In this document: positions 43,467 to 53,483 of the stretch, one piece after another
How positions within the stretch are numbered: the first letter of the stretch is position 1
Layout of the letters: each line of letters starts with the position of its first letter
Origin: an uncultured Chloroflexia bacterium
GTDB taxonomy: Bacteria > Chloroflexota > Anaerolineae > JAAYZQ01
Assembly (NCBI GenBank): GCA_963700285.1
Contig: CAVOXA010000001.1
Coordinates: 896,001-960,000 of the forward strand
Reading direction: 5' to 3'
DNA: 64,000 nucleotides
Notes under the pieces: generated by a model
What the model saw: only the letters and a program-made list of their open reading frames with translations
Told to the model about the DNA's origin: nothing
Database searches by the model: none
Translations under genes and position numbers: made by a program

Positions 43467-43512
43467 GAGGTCTTCCTCACTCTCTTTGCACGGGATGGTG
43501 TAGAGCGGAGCG

Positions 43513-43541
43513 ATTATAGCGGCGAATCAAGGCCTTGTCAA
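43513..43541 (-). promoter_or_regulatory. Consensus sigma70 promoter of the M42 operon
   Basis: Minus strand TTGACA-17-TATAAT, a perfect consensus. Confidence 0.8.
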
Positions 43542-43645
43542 ACGCATCCACGCTCAATGGCCGGGCAATCGCTTTCGAGTCAAAGTGTACAACTCGTCGC
43601 TCCGGTCCCCGACGTGATAGCCCCAGAGCCCCGCAACTGTACCCC

Positions 43646-43674
43646 TTGACTTTTGGCGCCTTTCCCAGTAGAAT
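43646..43674 (+). promoter_or_regulatory. Promoter of the tgpA-like gene
   Basis: TTGACT-17-TAGAAT. Confidence 0.65.
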
Positions 43675-43856
43675 GAACCCGACACGCACGTTGGGCGTTA
43701 TTCGTATGTACTCTGGATGGTCACCAAAAAGGCCAGTTTGGGCTGGTCCTCCGGTTGACCTTCCTACGGTGGAGGACCAATAGTCCCGCGTACAACTCGC
43801 CATGGCGAGATCCGGGCGACGGCTCTATCCTGCCCTCGTCCCTAGAAAGCAAAGAT

Positions 43857-46205
43857 ATGTTTCCTGAACTGGAACTGAAGGAAGGTTGGGCAACCGTTGC
43901 CCTATTGTTGATCATCCTGTTCTTCGTTGCCTGGTCGATCCAGACAGCGGGCTGGACGGGAGGGCTCTCTATTCTGCAAGCCATCGTGTTGGTCGGTGGT
44001 GTGATCGGCATCGTGCTGGCCAAGAGTCGAGTACCGAGCATCACGGCCCACCTGTTGTCCATCCTGGCGGCCTTTACCTGGACCGCCTTTCTGGCTAGCA
44101 GGGTTTTGGGCAATGCTTTGGATCTGCCGGTAGAGGCTGCTGTCATCGAACTGGATCGGCTGCTTGTGGCTTGGATCACGGACGTGTTCAATGGCGGAAC
44201 GAGTCCCGGGAACTACCCATTTCTTTTGCTCCTTGGGATTCTCCTATGGTTTGTTGCCTATGTCAGTGCCTGGGCGATATTCCGGTGGCAGCGCGTTTGG
44301 TTGGCCGTGATCCTGTGTGGCGTGGCCTTGATGGTGAATATCACATACGCACCCAAGAACCTGACCGGTTACCTCATCGCCTTTGTCATGTTTGCCCTGC
44401 TTCTGGTAGTGCGCACGAGCCTCGCCCTTTACCAGCATGAGTGGCGTGTGGCCAAGGTTGGCTATAGTCCAGAATTGGTCTATGCTTTCTTTCGTGCCGG
44501 TTTGACCGTCACTGTGGTGGCGATTCTCCTCGCCTGGGTGGCTCCCGCTGCCCTGGCCAGCCGTCCCATGCAGGAGGTCTGGGACAAAGTCACGCAGCCC
44601 TGGCAGCAGTTGAAGGACGAGTCCACCCGCCTGTTTCAGGATCTTAACTACCAAAACAAACCTGCCACAGTCTATTTTGCCCGGGCAATGAAGTTTGGTG
44701 GAGCGGTAGAATTGACGGACGCGCCGGTGCTGGACATAAGGGCCAGTACGGGACGGTACTGGCGGGTCATGGCCTTCCACGAGTACATGGGTGATGGCTG
44801 GAACAATACAGACTATAGCACGATTCTGATCGAAGAGAACGATCCGAGGCTCGTCGGTCCCGAGTTCGAGTTGCGGCGAGAGGTGACACAAACCATTACT
44901 CTGCACCAGAACTTTGGGACTCAGGGCCCCATCGCCGCTGCCAGTCAGCCCTTGCGATCGGGACTCCCATTGCAGGCCGTGGTGAGCTATGTGGCGCTGG
45001 AGGAAGAAGCGGATGAAGCAGCGGATGAAGCAGCCGGCCTGGTGCCCCCGTCTCCTGTCCCCAGTGACGCCTCTGTGCTCTATTCGCGCATCCCGCTCAA
45101 CGCGGGCGATTCTTACCAGGTGGTTTCCTCCCTTTCCCGGGCCGATATGGAATCTCTGGGAGAAGCTGAAGTAGAGTATCCGGACTGGGTGGTGCCCCGC
45201 TACCTGCAGTTACCCGCTTCGATGCCTGAGCGCATTGTAGACCTGGCGGAAGAGGTCACGGCCGGGAGCGAGACACCCTACGAAAAGGCCCAGGCCATCG
45301 AAGCTTATCTGCGCAAGATCCCGTACAATGAGCAGATCGAGGGACCGGCAGAAGACCAGGATGGTGTTGATTACTTTCTCTTTGAGGCCCGGGAGGGATA
45401 CTGCGACTACTATGCTTCGTCCATGGTTGTCATGCTCCGGTCGGTGGGCGTCCCGGCGCGCTACGTTCGGGGCTATAGTCAGGGGACAAAGCAGGACGGC
45501 GTCTATCACGTCCTGGAATTGGATGGCCATGCCTGGCCCGAGGTCTTTTTCCCTGGCTATGGCTGGGTCGAATTTGAGCCTACCGCCGGGGAGCCGGTTC
45601 TCGTTCGCCCCAGATCACAGGATTCCGCGGCCGGTAGTCAGAATGCTGCGAACAGTCCTGGGCCTGACCGCGATGAACGAATGGAAGCCATGTTCGAGGA
45701 CGAGGGCTTTGCGCCGATGTCCGGACCCGCGCCTGCGACTTTGCTCCAGAAGGTCACACGCTGGGGAGGTTTGGTGCTGGTGGTGCTTGGTCTGAGCCTG
45801 CTGGCAGCGGCCTTGCTCACGGCTCGTCGCCGTCGCCGTGTCGGTGGGCTCAGCGCAGCGGAGCGTGTTTACCTGGATCTCGTCGACTGGGTTGCCCGTT
45901 TGCTCAAGTTGAGCCCGCGGGCTCACCAGACTCCTCACGAGTATGGTTCGGCTGTTGTCGCGCTTGTGCCCGCGGGCCAGCGACCAGTGCGGCGCATCGT
46001 CGATACCTACGTAGGTTACCGGTTTGGGGGCCGGCCTGGAGATGGCGAGCAGGTTGAGCAAGCCTGGAGGGATACCCAGAAAGTCCTGTGGCGCGGCTGG
46101 CTGGAACGAAAGACCGCCAAACTTCTGGCTCTTCCGCGCCGCCTGTTTTCGACTCGATCATCCGAGGCTATGTGGCAGGAGCCGGCTGCCCCCAAGAGGG
46201 AGTGA
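43857..46205 (+). CDS. TgpA-like transglutaminase domain membrane protein (DUF3488/DUF4129)
   Basis: N-terminal TM bundle; YWRV, GYCDYYAS (catalytic Cys), HAWPEV..GWVEFEPT; C-terminal QTPHEY. Confidence 0.9.
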   Translation: MFPELELKEGWATVALLLIILFFVAWSIQTAGWTGGLSILQAIVLVGGVIGIVLAKSRVPSITAHLLSILAAFTWTAFLASRVLGNALDLPVEAAVIELDRLLVAWITDVFNGGTSPGNYPFLLLLGILLWFVAYVSAWAIFRWQRVWLAVILCGVALMVNITYAPKNLTGYLIAFVMFALLLVVRTSLALYQHEWRVAKVGYSPELVYAFFRAGLTVTVVAILLAWVAPAALASRPMQEVWDKVTQPWQQLKDESTRLFQDLNYQNKPATVYFARAMKFGGAVELTDAPVLDIRASTGRYWRVMAFHEYMGDGWNNTDYSTILIEENDPRLVGPEFELRREVTQTITLHQNFGTQGPIAAASQPLRSGLPLQAVVSYVALEEEADEAADEAAGLVPPSPVPSDASVLYSRIPLNAGDSYQVVSSLSRADMESLGEAEVEYPDWVVPRYLQLPASMPERIVDLAEEVTAGSETPYEKAQAIEAYLRKIPYNEQIEGPAEDQDGVDYFLFEAREGYCDYYASSMVVMLRSVGVPARYVRGYSQGTKQDGVYHVLELDGHAWPEVFFPGYGWVEFEPTAGEPVLVRPRSQDSAAGSQNAANSPGPDRDERMEAMFEDEGFAPMSGPAPATLLQKVTRWGGLVLVVLGLSLLAAALLTARRRRRVGGLSAAERVYLDLVDWVARLLKLSPRAHQTPHEYGSAVVALVPAGQRPVRRIVDTYVGYRFGGRPGDGEQVEQAWRDTQKVLWRGWLERKTAKLLALPRRLFSTRSSEAMWQEPAAPKRE

Positions 46206-46223
46206 CGCTGTCCGATCAGAAGG

Positions 46224-46505
46224 TCAGAAGGTTTGCGACAAAAGACCGACAAGGATCCGGCGTACAATCTCCAGGATGATGAGCGCGACGATGGGGCTGA
46301 TATCGACCGTGCCGCCCACCGGAGGGATCAACCGCTGGAGGGGTTTCAGCACCGGGTCGGTGACCCGGTACAGGAGCTGGATAACAGGATGAGCGATCCT
46401 GGGCTGGTAGGGATTCGTATTCACCCAGGAAAGCAGTACGCGGATCAGGATCAGAAAAACGTACAACTGAAAGATGAATGAGACGATAGAAGCCAGGCTC
46501 GGCAT
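46224..46505 (-). CDS. yggT: YggT family membrane protein
   Basis: RVLLSW...TDPVLKPLQRLIPP...DISPIVA. Confidence 0.9.
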   Translation of the reverse strand: MPSLASIVSFIFQLYVFLILIRVLLSWVNTNPYQPRIAHPVIQLLYRVTDPVLKPLQRLIPPVGGTVDISPIVALIILEIVRRILVGLLSQTF

Positions 46506-46536
46506 ATTCGGGTGAACCCTCCTCGCAGAGTCGTTC

Positions 46537-47271
46537 TCAGCCCTTGCGCCATGGCGTTACCTGAGGCGCAAAGATGGCGCGCCCCACGCGGACAAGGGTA
46601 GCACCCTCTTCGACGGCAACTTCAAAATCGTCGGTCATGCCCATCGACAGGTGGCGCCAGGCCAGATGTGGAAAAGCGGCTCGCAGAGCATCGCGCAGCT
46701 TCCGGAGACGGATGAAAACAGGTCGCGCCTCTTCTTCGCTGGAGATGATGGGCGCCATAGTCATGAGGCCGTCAACCTGGAGGTGGGGCAGGGCGACGAT
46801 TTCCTCCATCTCGGCCATCAGCGTCTCTGGGACTGGATCCCCCTCGGCCCAGCGGTCAGCGGCAAAACCATACTTGCTGGCCTCACCGGAGACGTTGAAT
46901 TCTAGCAGCACTGGCAGGGGCGCTGGCAGGTCTACACACAGCCTGTCCAGTCGACGGGCCAACGTGACGCTGTCCATCGAGTGGATGAGATCAAAGCGGG
47001 GTACAACCCGCCTGGCTTTACGGCCCTGTACGTGGCCGATCATGTGCCATACGATCTCAGCCGGGAGACCTTCCATTTTTTCTTCAGCTTCCTCGATCCG
47101 ATTCTCGCCAAAATGACGCAATCCCAGGTTATAGGCCGCGCGTATCACCTCGGGCGGTTGGGTCTTGGTCACGGCCACGAGGGTGATCTCGGCGGGATCG
47201 CGTCCGGCTCGTGCTGCGGCCGCGACGATCCGGGCCTGGACGGCCAGCAGGTTGGCCTCCAGTTGGGTCAT
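46537..47271 (-). CDS. yggS: YggS/PLPBP pyridoxal phosphate homeostasis protein
   Basis: VAVTK, FGEN, WHMIGHVQ, GLMTMAP, LSMGMTDD, VRVGRAIF. Confidence 0.95.
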   Translation of the reverse strand: MTQLEANLLAVQARIVAAAARAGRDPAEITLVAVTKTQPPEVIRAAYNLGLRHFGENRIEEAEEKMEGLPAEIVWHMIGHVQGRKARRVVPRFDLIHSMDSVTLARRLDRLCVDLPAPLPVLLEFNVSGEASKYGFAADRWAEGDPVPETLMAEMEEIVALPHLQVDGLMTMAPIISSEEEARPVFIRLRKLRDALRAAFPHLAWRHLSMGMTDDFEVAVEEGATLVRVGRAIFAPQVTPWRKG

Positions 47272-48179
47272 GGGTTGTCTCCTGAAAACTCCTGGAAGGA
47301 AGGAAGCCCTGGTGGGTGGAGCGATTTGGGCTGTGTCGTATCCTCTGGTTCCAATCCTGCTTTGGATACCTGGCTGCTCCCACTAGCCTCGTCAGAAAGG
47401 CGCACCCTTAGATAGGCTACGACGGCAAATCGCCCGGTCCGGCCTGCGTCGGCGCGGTGTGAAAAAAAGATGTCGTTGTGACAGGCTGTGCACAGATGGG
47501 CCTGCTCTATCTTGGGAACGCCGGCCGCAGCAAGCTGTTGGGCATTGGCCGCGGATAGGTCGAGGTGCCATCCATCCTCTTCCTGGCGCATTGCCTGGTG
47601 CCAATCGGGCAGCACATAGCCCATCGCCGAGGCAACGTTGTGTCCAACGGTATAACAACAGGGACCGATGGCCGGACCCAGGCCGGCGATCAGGTCCTGT
47701 GGACGCGATCCAAAGGTCTCCTGCATCGTCTCGACCGCGCGGCGGGCGATGGCCTGAGCCACCCCGCGCCAGCCGGCGTGGATGAGCCCCAGGGCGTGCA
47801 CCACCGGATCGTAGAGAAGGATGGGCTGGCAGTCGGCAAAGCGGAGCAAGAGCGCGACGCCGGGAATGTTGGTGACGAGCCCGTCGGTATTGGGCAGTTC
47901 CGTACCCACATCCTCCACAGTGACTGCTGCCACCCGGCTGCTGTGGACCTGGACTGGCGTAGCCACCTGGTCCGCGCCCAGCGACAGATGGGCGTAGATG
48001 CGGGCGTGGTTCGTGGCCACTGCTCCCGGCTCGTCGCCTACGCCATGCCCAACGTTCAGCGTGTCGAAAGGCGGAGAACTGATACCCCCCAGCCTGGTGA
48101 ATACCGCGTGAACCAGGCCGTCTAGGGCCAGAGTCTCAAAATGATAGGTTGTGAGACTTGTACCATTCTGACGTAGCAA
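47268..48179 (-). CDS. pgeF: PgeF/YfiH peptidoglycan editing factor (purine nucleoside phosphorylase-like)
   Basis: FTRLGG.S, QVHS, ADCQPILL, HAGWRG, GPAIGPCCY, CTAC..FFSHR. Confidence 0.9.
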   Translation of the reverse strand: MLRQNGTSLTTYHFETLALDGLVHAVFTRLGGISSPPFDTLNVGHGVGDEPGAVATNHARIYAHLSLGADQVATPVQVHSSRVAAVTVEDVGTELPNTDGLVTNIPGVALLLRFADCQPILLYDPVVHALGLIHAGWRGVAQAIARRAVETMQETFGSRPQDLIAGLGPAIGPCCYTVGHNVASAMGYVLPDWHQAMRQEEDGWHLDLSAANAQQLAAAGVPKIEQAHLCTACHNDIFFSHRADAGRTGRFAVVAYLRVRLSDEASGSSQVSKAGLEPEDTTQPKSLHPPGLPSFQEFSGDNP

Positions 48180-48519
48180 AGCCCTAGTCCTCTCTACAGG
48201 GGGCCAGTTTCGCAGGTGGTCTGCCAGCAGGCAATCCCTTACTCTACCCTGACCCCCTGGATTATACTATAGAAGCTGGCGGATCCCAAAAAGGGGAGGC
48301 AGGCGTGTGGTGTGAGATACCCTGTCCCCGTGAGCCCTCCTTCCGCTGGGGACACTTGACTGCGCAGAGCCCAAAAGCCGAGCAAAAAAGGGCAGCCCAG
48401 GACCAGGAGCATCTGCTCAAGATCCTGGCTGGACGAACGAGATCACCCTACCGACGGAGTCGGAGGGACGTTGATAGGGCTGCTGCATTGTCCCTTGACA
48501 TGCACTGCCAGTCAGATCT

Positions 48520-48599
48520 GTCATTGCGAGGCGCGCTGTTTGCGTCGTGGCAATCCCCAGGGCACAAGTGGAGATCGCTTCGCTGACTCTCGCGATGAC
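48520..48599. repeat. REP/RPE-like palindromic element (GTCATTGCGAG...CTCGCGATGAC type)
   Basis: GTCATTGCGAG...GTGGCAATC...GAGATCGCTTCG...CTCGCGATGAC with terminal inverted arms. Confidence 0.7.
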
Positions 48600-48636
48600 G
48601 ACTTTGCAACAGCCGTAGGGACGTTGACGGGCAACC

Positions 48637-48688
48637 TTGACAAACTACAGCGATCGTAGTACAATAGAAATGAAATACGTATTTCATT
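48637..48688 (+). promoter_or_regulatory. Promoter of the MFS pair with an overlapping IclR-type operator
   Basis: TTGACA-17-TACAAT, then the perfect 20-bp palindrome AATGAAATACGTATTTCATT (48669-48688). Confidence 0.8.
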
Positions 48689-48718
48689 AAGCAAAACACC
48701 TTATGCTCTTGCCGTGGA

Positions 48719-48729
48719 AGGTCTGACCA
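48719..48729. promoter_or_regulatory. FadR/GntR-type operator
   Basis: AGGTCTGACCA, matching TGGTCNGACCA and the box at 52452. Confidence 0.55.
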
Positions 48730-48907
48730 TCTGATCATTTCCCTCCATCGGGCCTCAAGAGATCGGGATAGACGCTCGCAGGGCGCAGGTAGAGATGTTT
48801 CCGTGACCGGCATTCTGGCTAGCCTGAGACTTGATCGCGCAGTAGATAACCACTAGGTGGCGATGGCTGCAAGCATCGAGGATGGCGCTTGCGAAAGAGG
48901 GCCCAAG

Positions 48908-50141
48908 ATGAGACTCAGCCTGACAGACAGGGCATCCGGCGCCGCAAGAGAGAATCAAGGGATACTCAGCTATGGGCTGTTCGTCATGGCCCTGACGCAC
49001 ATGCTCACAGACGTATTTACCCGCATCCACACGACGCTATTCCCCGTTCTTCAGACCGAATTCAGCCTGTCCCTCCAACAATTGGGCCTCATCGCTGCCA
49101 TTCCTGCTCTCTGCCAGGCACTCTTCTCTATCCCCACAGGTCTGCTGGCCGATAGGTTGGGTTCCAGGCTGATGATCATCATCGCGCTTGTGGTCGCCAC
49201 CAGTGGTACCCTTCTTGGCCAGCCAGGCTCTCACCCCCGTCATGTTGATCGTCGCCGTTAGCCTCGTATACATCAATACCACCGTGTACCACCCTGCGGC
49301 CTATAGCTTTGTCACCAGGCTCTTTGAACCCAGGACCAGGGTCAAGGCGTTGGGCATCCATGGTGCAGGCGGGTCTTTGGGGGTGGCGCTTGGCCCCATT
49401 TCCATCACCATCTTGATGGGGGTTTTTGCCTTCGGTTGGCGGCAGGTGTACCTCTTTTGGAGCCTGCCCCTCCTCCTGGGTATCGTCGCCGTGCTGTTCC
49501 TCCGATCCGCGCCAGGAGATGACGTGGGGGTGAGCCCAGCTGCTGTCGTTGATGACGGGCGTAGGCCGGGAATCTCCTCGCTGCTTACCCATAGCATGAT
49601 CATGTTCCTGGTCTATGTCGCCGTGCAGTCGATGGCCAACTCGATGAGCCAGTCGTTCATGGCCCTGTACCTCGTTGATAACAGGGGGTTCTCCGGACCT
49701 GCGACCAGTACGCTCATTGGGCTCCATACATTGATGGGAATCGCTGGCGCTGTGTGGGGCGGCTTTCTCGCCGTCCGGTATGGAGAGAAAAGATGGCTAC
49801 TCACCATCCTGTCACTGTCCTACGTCTGCTATGGTCTGGCCATCCTTATCCCCAGCAACACCGCTTTTGTAGTTCTGTACCTGAGCTATGGCTTCTTGAC
49901 CTTCTTGGGCATGGCGGCCACTGCGGCCATTCTGGCCAAGCTATCACCGGGCCGACAGCGGGGGCTGGCCTTCGCCCTGTTCTTCCTGCCGGTCAGTATC
50001 ATGGGTGCCGTGGCGCCCCTCGCGGCGGCATCCATTGGCAACGCCTTGGGGTTGGTCTCTATCTTTTACGCAGCTACATTCTTTTTCTTCCTGAGCCTGG
50101 GTGTGCTGAAGTTTGGCGTCAGACTGAGGCCGTCAGACTGA
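48908..50141 (+). CDS. MFS transporter (copy 1), one frameshift near 49210
   Basis: GLLADRLGSR motif A, YHPAA, ALGIHGAGGSLG; about 12 TM helices; close paralog of the next gene. Confidence 0.85.
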
Positions 50142-50175
50142 GCATCGTGAACGACGGTCGCAGAGGAGACCCGGG

Positions 50176-51399
50176 ATGAAGCTCGACGTGGCAGACAGGA
50201 CAGTAGGCACTGTGAAGACGAATCGGTCGATATTCAACTATGGCCTGTACGTCATGACCTTCACGAACATGCTCACCAATGTGTTTGCCTACGTGCATAC
50301 GACCCTATTCCCTGTCCTTCAGGACGAGTTCAGCCTGTCCCTCCAACAGTTGGGCCTCATCGCTGCTATCCCCGCCCTCTGCCAGGCACTCCTGTCTATC
50401 CCAGCGGGGTTGCTGTCCGATCGGTTGGGTTCCAGGCTGATGATCGTGTTCGCACTCGCGGTCGCCACCGGCGGCGCCCTTCTGGCCAGCCAAGTTCTCA
50501 GCCCGGTCATGTTGATTGTCGCCGTCAGTCTCATCTACGTCAACACAACCGTGTACCGCCCCGCCTCTTATAGCTTTGTTACGAGGCTCTTTGAACCCAG
50601 GACCAGGCTCAAGGCATTGGGCATCTTTGGCGCCGGTGGGACCTTGGGCATGGCGCTTGGTCCGATTTCCATCACCATCTTGATGGGGGTCTTTGCTGTC
50701 GGTTGGCGGCAGGTGTACCTCTACTGGTGTCTGCCCCTCCTACTGGGCATTGTCTCTGTGCTGTTCCTGCGCTCGGCGCCAAAGGATGATGTGGTGGTGG
50801 GATCCGCTGCGGGTGGGTATGGGGCAGCAGCCACCACACTGCTCACCTCCAACATGCTCCTGTTCCTGGTCTACCGGGCTATGCGGCTGATGGCGTACTC
50901 GATGAGCCGGACCTTCATGGCTCTGTATCTGGTCGACAGCAGGGGATTTTCCGAATCTGCGACCAGTACTTTGATTGGGCTCAGTACCCTGGTGGGCATC
51001 GCCGGGGCTGTGTTGGGCGGCTTTTTTGCCGTCCGGTACGGAGAGAAGCGGTGGCTTTTCAGCACGCTGTCGCTGGCCTACGTGTGCTTCAGCCTGGCTA
51101 TTCTCGTCCCCAACAAGACGGCCTTTGCCCTCTTTTATCTGGGCTACGGCTTGCTGAGAACTTTGGGCATGGCGGCCAATGCGGCCATCATGGCCCAGCT
51201 GTCACCGGGCAAACAGCGGGGCATGGCCTATGCCCTGTTCTTCCTGCCGGGCAGCATCATGGGCGCCGTGGCGCCCAACATCGCAGCATCCATTGGGGAT
51301 GCTTTTGGGCTGGTAGCCGTCTTTTACGCGACCATCGTCCTGTCCTTCCTGACCCTGGGTGTGCTACAATTCGGTGTCAGGCTCCAGCCATCCGCCTGA
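50176..51399 (+). CDS. MFS transporter (copy 2)
   Basis: GLLSDRLGSR motif A; about 12 TM helices. Confidence 0.9.
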   Translation: MKLDVADRTVGTVKTNRSIFNYGLYVMTFTNMLTNVFAYVHTTLFPVLQDEFSLSLQQLGLIAAIPALCQALLSIPAGLLSDRLGSRLMIVFALAVATGGALLASQVLSPVMLIVAVSLIYVNTTVYRPASYSFVTRLFEPRTRLKALGIFGAGGTLGMALGPISITILMGVFAVGWRQVYLYWCLPLLLGIVSVLFLRSAPKDDVVVGSAAGGYGAAATTLLTSNMLLFLVYRAMRLMAYSMSRTFMALYLVDSRGFSESATSTLIGLSTLVGIAGAVLGGFFAVRYGEKRWLFSTLSLAYVCFSLAILVPNKTAFALFYLGYGLLRTLGMAANAAIMAQLSPGKQRGMAYALFFLPGSIMGAVAPNIAASIGDAFGLVAVFYATIVLSFLTLGVLQFGVRLQPSA

Positions 51400-51553
51400 G
51401 TACCAGGATCTGAAGACCTGACAGGGCGGAAGCTGCGCTCCCATCTCAGATCGTCGGCGTGACGCGGGTGTATCATCCTTGGATGGTACACGTCCCACAG
51501 GGAAGCCAAAACTCGTCACGTCTGAAAGATTGAAAATTGGCCAAATTGGGGTC

Positions 51554-51605
51554 TTGACAAGTTCAAGCAAATGTGGTATAGTGGAAATGAAACAGTTGTT
51601 TCATT
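51554..51605 (+). promoter_or_regulatory. Promoter of iclR with an overlapping operator (autoregulation)
   Basis: TTGACA-17-TATAGT, then the palindrome AATGAAACAGTTGTTTCATT (51586-51605). Confidence 0.8.
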
Positions 51606-51629
51606 AGATGAGCCACCACAAGGGATACG

Positions 51630-52406
51630 ATGTCAAAGCAGGACTATCGAATAGCCGCGGTGGATAAAACGCTCGACATTCTCGAGTTCCTAGCACAGCA
51701 GCGAAAAAAGATGGCGCTGCCAGAACTCAGCGTGGCCTTGGGCATGCCCAAGGCCACGCTGTTTCGTTATATGGTCACCCTCGAGGGCCGGGGCTACGTC
51801 CGAAAAGGCCCCGATGATGACAACTATGCCCTGGGCTTCAAGGTGCTGGAACTTGGCAGCAATATTCTCGCGAATCTGACCCTGCACGAACTCGCCTTGC
51901 CTTACATGAAAGAGCTCCAGACAGAGTTCCACGAGACGGTGAACCTGGGCGTTCTGGATGGGTGTGAGATCGTCTACATCGAGATCCTCGAGAGCCGCAG
52001 AACCTTCAAGATGTCCTCCCGTGTCGGTGGACGGGATATGCCCCACGCCACTTCCCTGGGCAAAGCCATGCTGGCTTTCCTGCCCGAAGAGGAGGTGGAG
52101 AGAATCGCCCTGGCCTGCAACCTGCCAAAGCGTACTGCCAAGACGATCACTTCCCTATCTCAGCTCAAGCACGAGTTGGAGACAATACGGCAGCGTGGCT
52201 TTGCCATAGACGATGGAGAGAACGAGGAAGGGGCCCGCTGCATCGGCGCCCCCATCTTTGAGCGCCGGGGCAACGTGGTCGCCGCGCTTAGCATAGCTGG
52301 TCCCGCCTTCCGTTCACCCGCTACGGGGATCGACGACATGGGAACCGCGCTGATGGCTGCCGCACTGCAGATCTCGCGGGAAATGGGCTATGAGCGTGAG
52401 CCTTGA
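51630..52406 (+). CDS. IclR family transcriptional regulator
   Basis: AVDKTLDILE HTH, ETVNLG, ATSLGKA, RGFAIDDGE, CIGAPI. Confidence 0.95.
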   Translation: MSKQDYRIAAVDKTLDILEFLAQQRKKMALPELSVALGMPKATLFRYMVTLEGRGYVRKGPDDDNYALGFKVLELGSNILANLTLHELALPYMKELQTEFHETVNLGVLDGCEIVYIEILESRRTFKMSSRVGGRDMPHATSLGKAMLAFLPEEEVERIALACNLPKRTAKTITSLSQLKHELETIRQRGFAIDDGENEEGARCIGAPIFERRGNVVAALSIAGPAFRSPATGIDDMGTALMAAALQISREMGYEREP

Positions 52407-52451
52407 GCCTTTGGCCCTTTGCACGCCAAATCTCTTTTTTTGTGTTGGGAA

Positions 52452-52462
52452 TGGTCTGACCA
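52452..52462. promoter_or_regulatory. FadR/GntR-type operator upstream of the fadR-like gene
   Basis: TGGTCTGACCA, followed by a half-site TTGACCA. Confidence 0.7.
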
Positions 52463-52511
52463 ATTGACCATTTCTGCCCCTGGGGCGCCAGGAGACCGGG
52501 AGGGAAATAGA

Positions 52512-53279
52512 ATGGCTGACAGAACTCCGGTAGACTTTGGTATGTTCGAGAGAAGCGCCCTCGCCGAGCAGATCTGTGCCAGGGTTCTTTCGCTCATAGA
52601 AGAGGGGCATCTACGCCCCGGGGACAAGCTGCCCCCCGAGCGGGAGTTGGCCGCAACCATGCAGGTCAGCCGTCCTTCCCTGCGTGAGGCCCTGCGCGCG
52701 CTGTCGGTAATCAACGTCGTCGAGATGCGCCAGGGGGATGGTACCTACGTGACCTCCCTGGAGCCCTCCCTGCTGGTAGAGCACCTGGATTTTGTGTTTT
52801 CGTTGGACGATTCGACTTTTCTTCAATTGCTGGAAGCGCGAAAGGCCCTGGAGCCGGGCATTGCCGCGGCGGCTGCCCGGCGGATTTCTGATAACGAGAT
52901 TGCTGAGCTGGAGGCCTGCCTGGAACGGACCCTGGCCAGTATGGAGGAACCGGTAGCCTTTTTGCAAGCAGACGTGGAGTTGCATTCCAGGATCGCCGCT
53001 GCGGCGCAGAACCCGATCCTGAGCAGGTTCATGGCTACCCTCAGCAGGCTTGGCGAAGCCAGCCGGCAGCGGACGGTAGAGATAGCCGGTATCCGCCAAC
53101 AAACGGTCGCCGATCACCAGGCTGTTGTCTCGGCGCTCAAGGCGCGCGATCCTGCCGGCGCGCACTTGGCCATGTTGCAGCACCTGGACCACGTTCAGCA
53201 GCAGCTCGCAGTAGTATCTGCGGGAACAGATAGGCAACCTGGCCTGATCGGCGAGCGGAGCGGCAACGACAGCGGATAG
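52512..53279 (+). CDS. FadR/GntR family transcriptional regulator
   Basis: PGDKLPPERELA..VSRPSLREAL, GDGTYV; FCD domain with D.ELH and NPIL. Confidence 0.95.
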   Translation: MADRTPVDFGMFERSALAEQICARVLSLIEEGHLRPGDKLPPERELAATMQVSRPSLREALRALSVINVVEMRQGDGTYVTSLEPSLLVEHLDFVFSLDDSTFLQLLEARKALEPGIAAAAARRISDNEIAELEACLERTLASMEEPVAFLQADVELHSRIAAAAQNPILSRFMATLSRLGEASRQRTVEIAGIRQQTVADHQAVVSALKARDPAGAHLAMLQHLDHVQQQLAVVSAGTDRQPGLIGERSGNDSG

Positions 53280-53483
53280 GAGCCGCTGACGGGCGATGGG
53301 ATTGAATGAGGGAGACTGGCTTGAAGGGTTTCCAGGTTTGGGGAAGGGGGTGAGGCTAGCGCAAGTGAGACAGGATGTGGATGGGGGGGAGAAGTGCAAG
53401 GCTACGCAGATCCCAGGCCCAAACGTGGACCCCAGGTCATGTAGCCTAATTGAGAGTCAGTCTTATGAAAGGAGCACAAAGAA

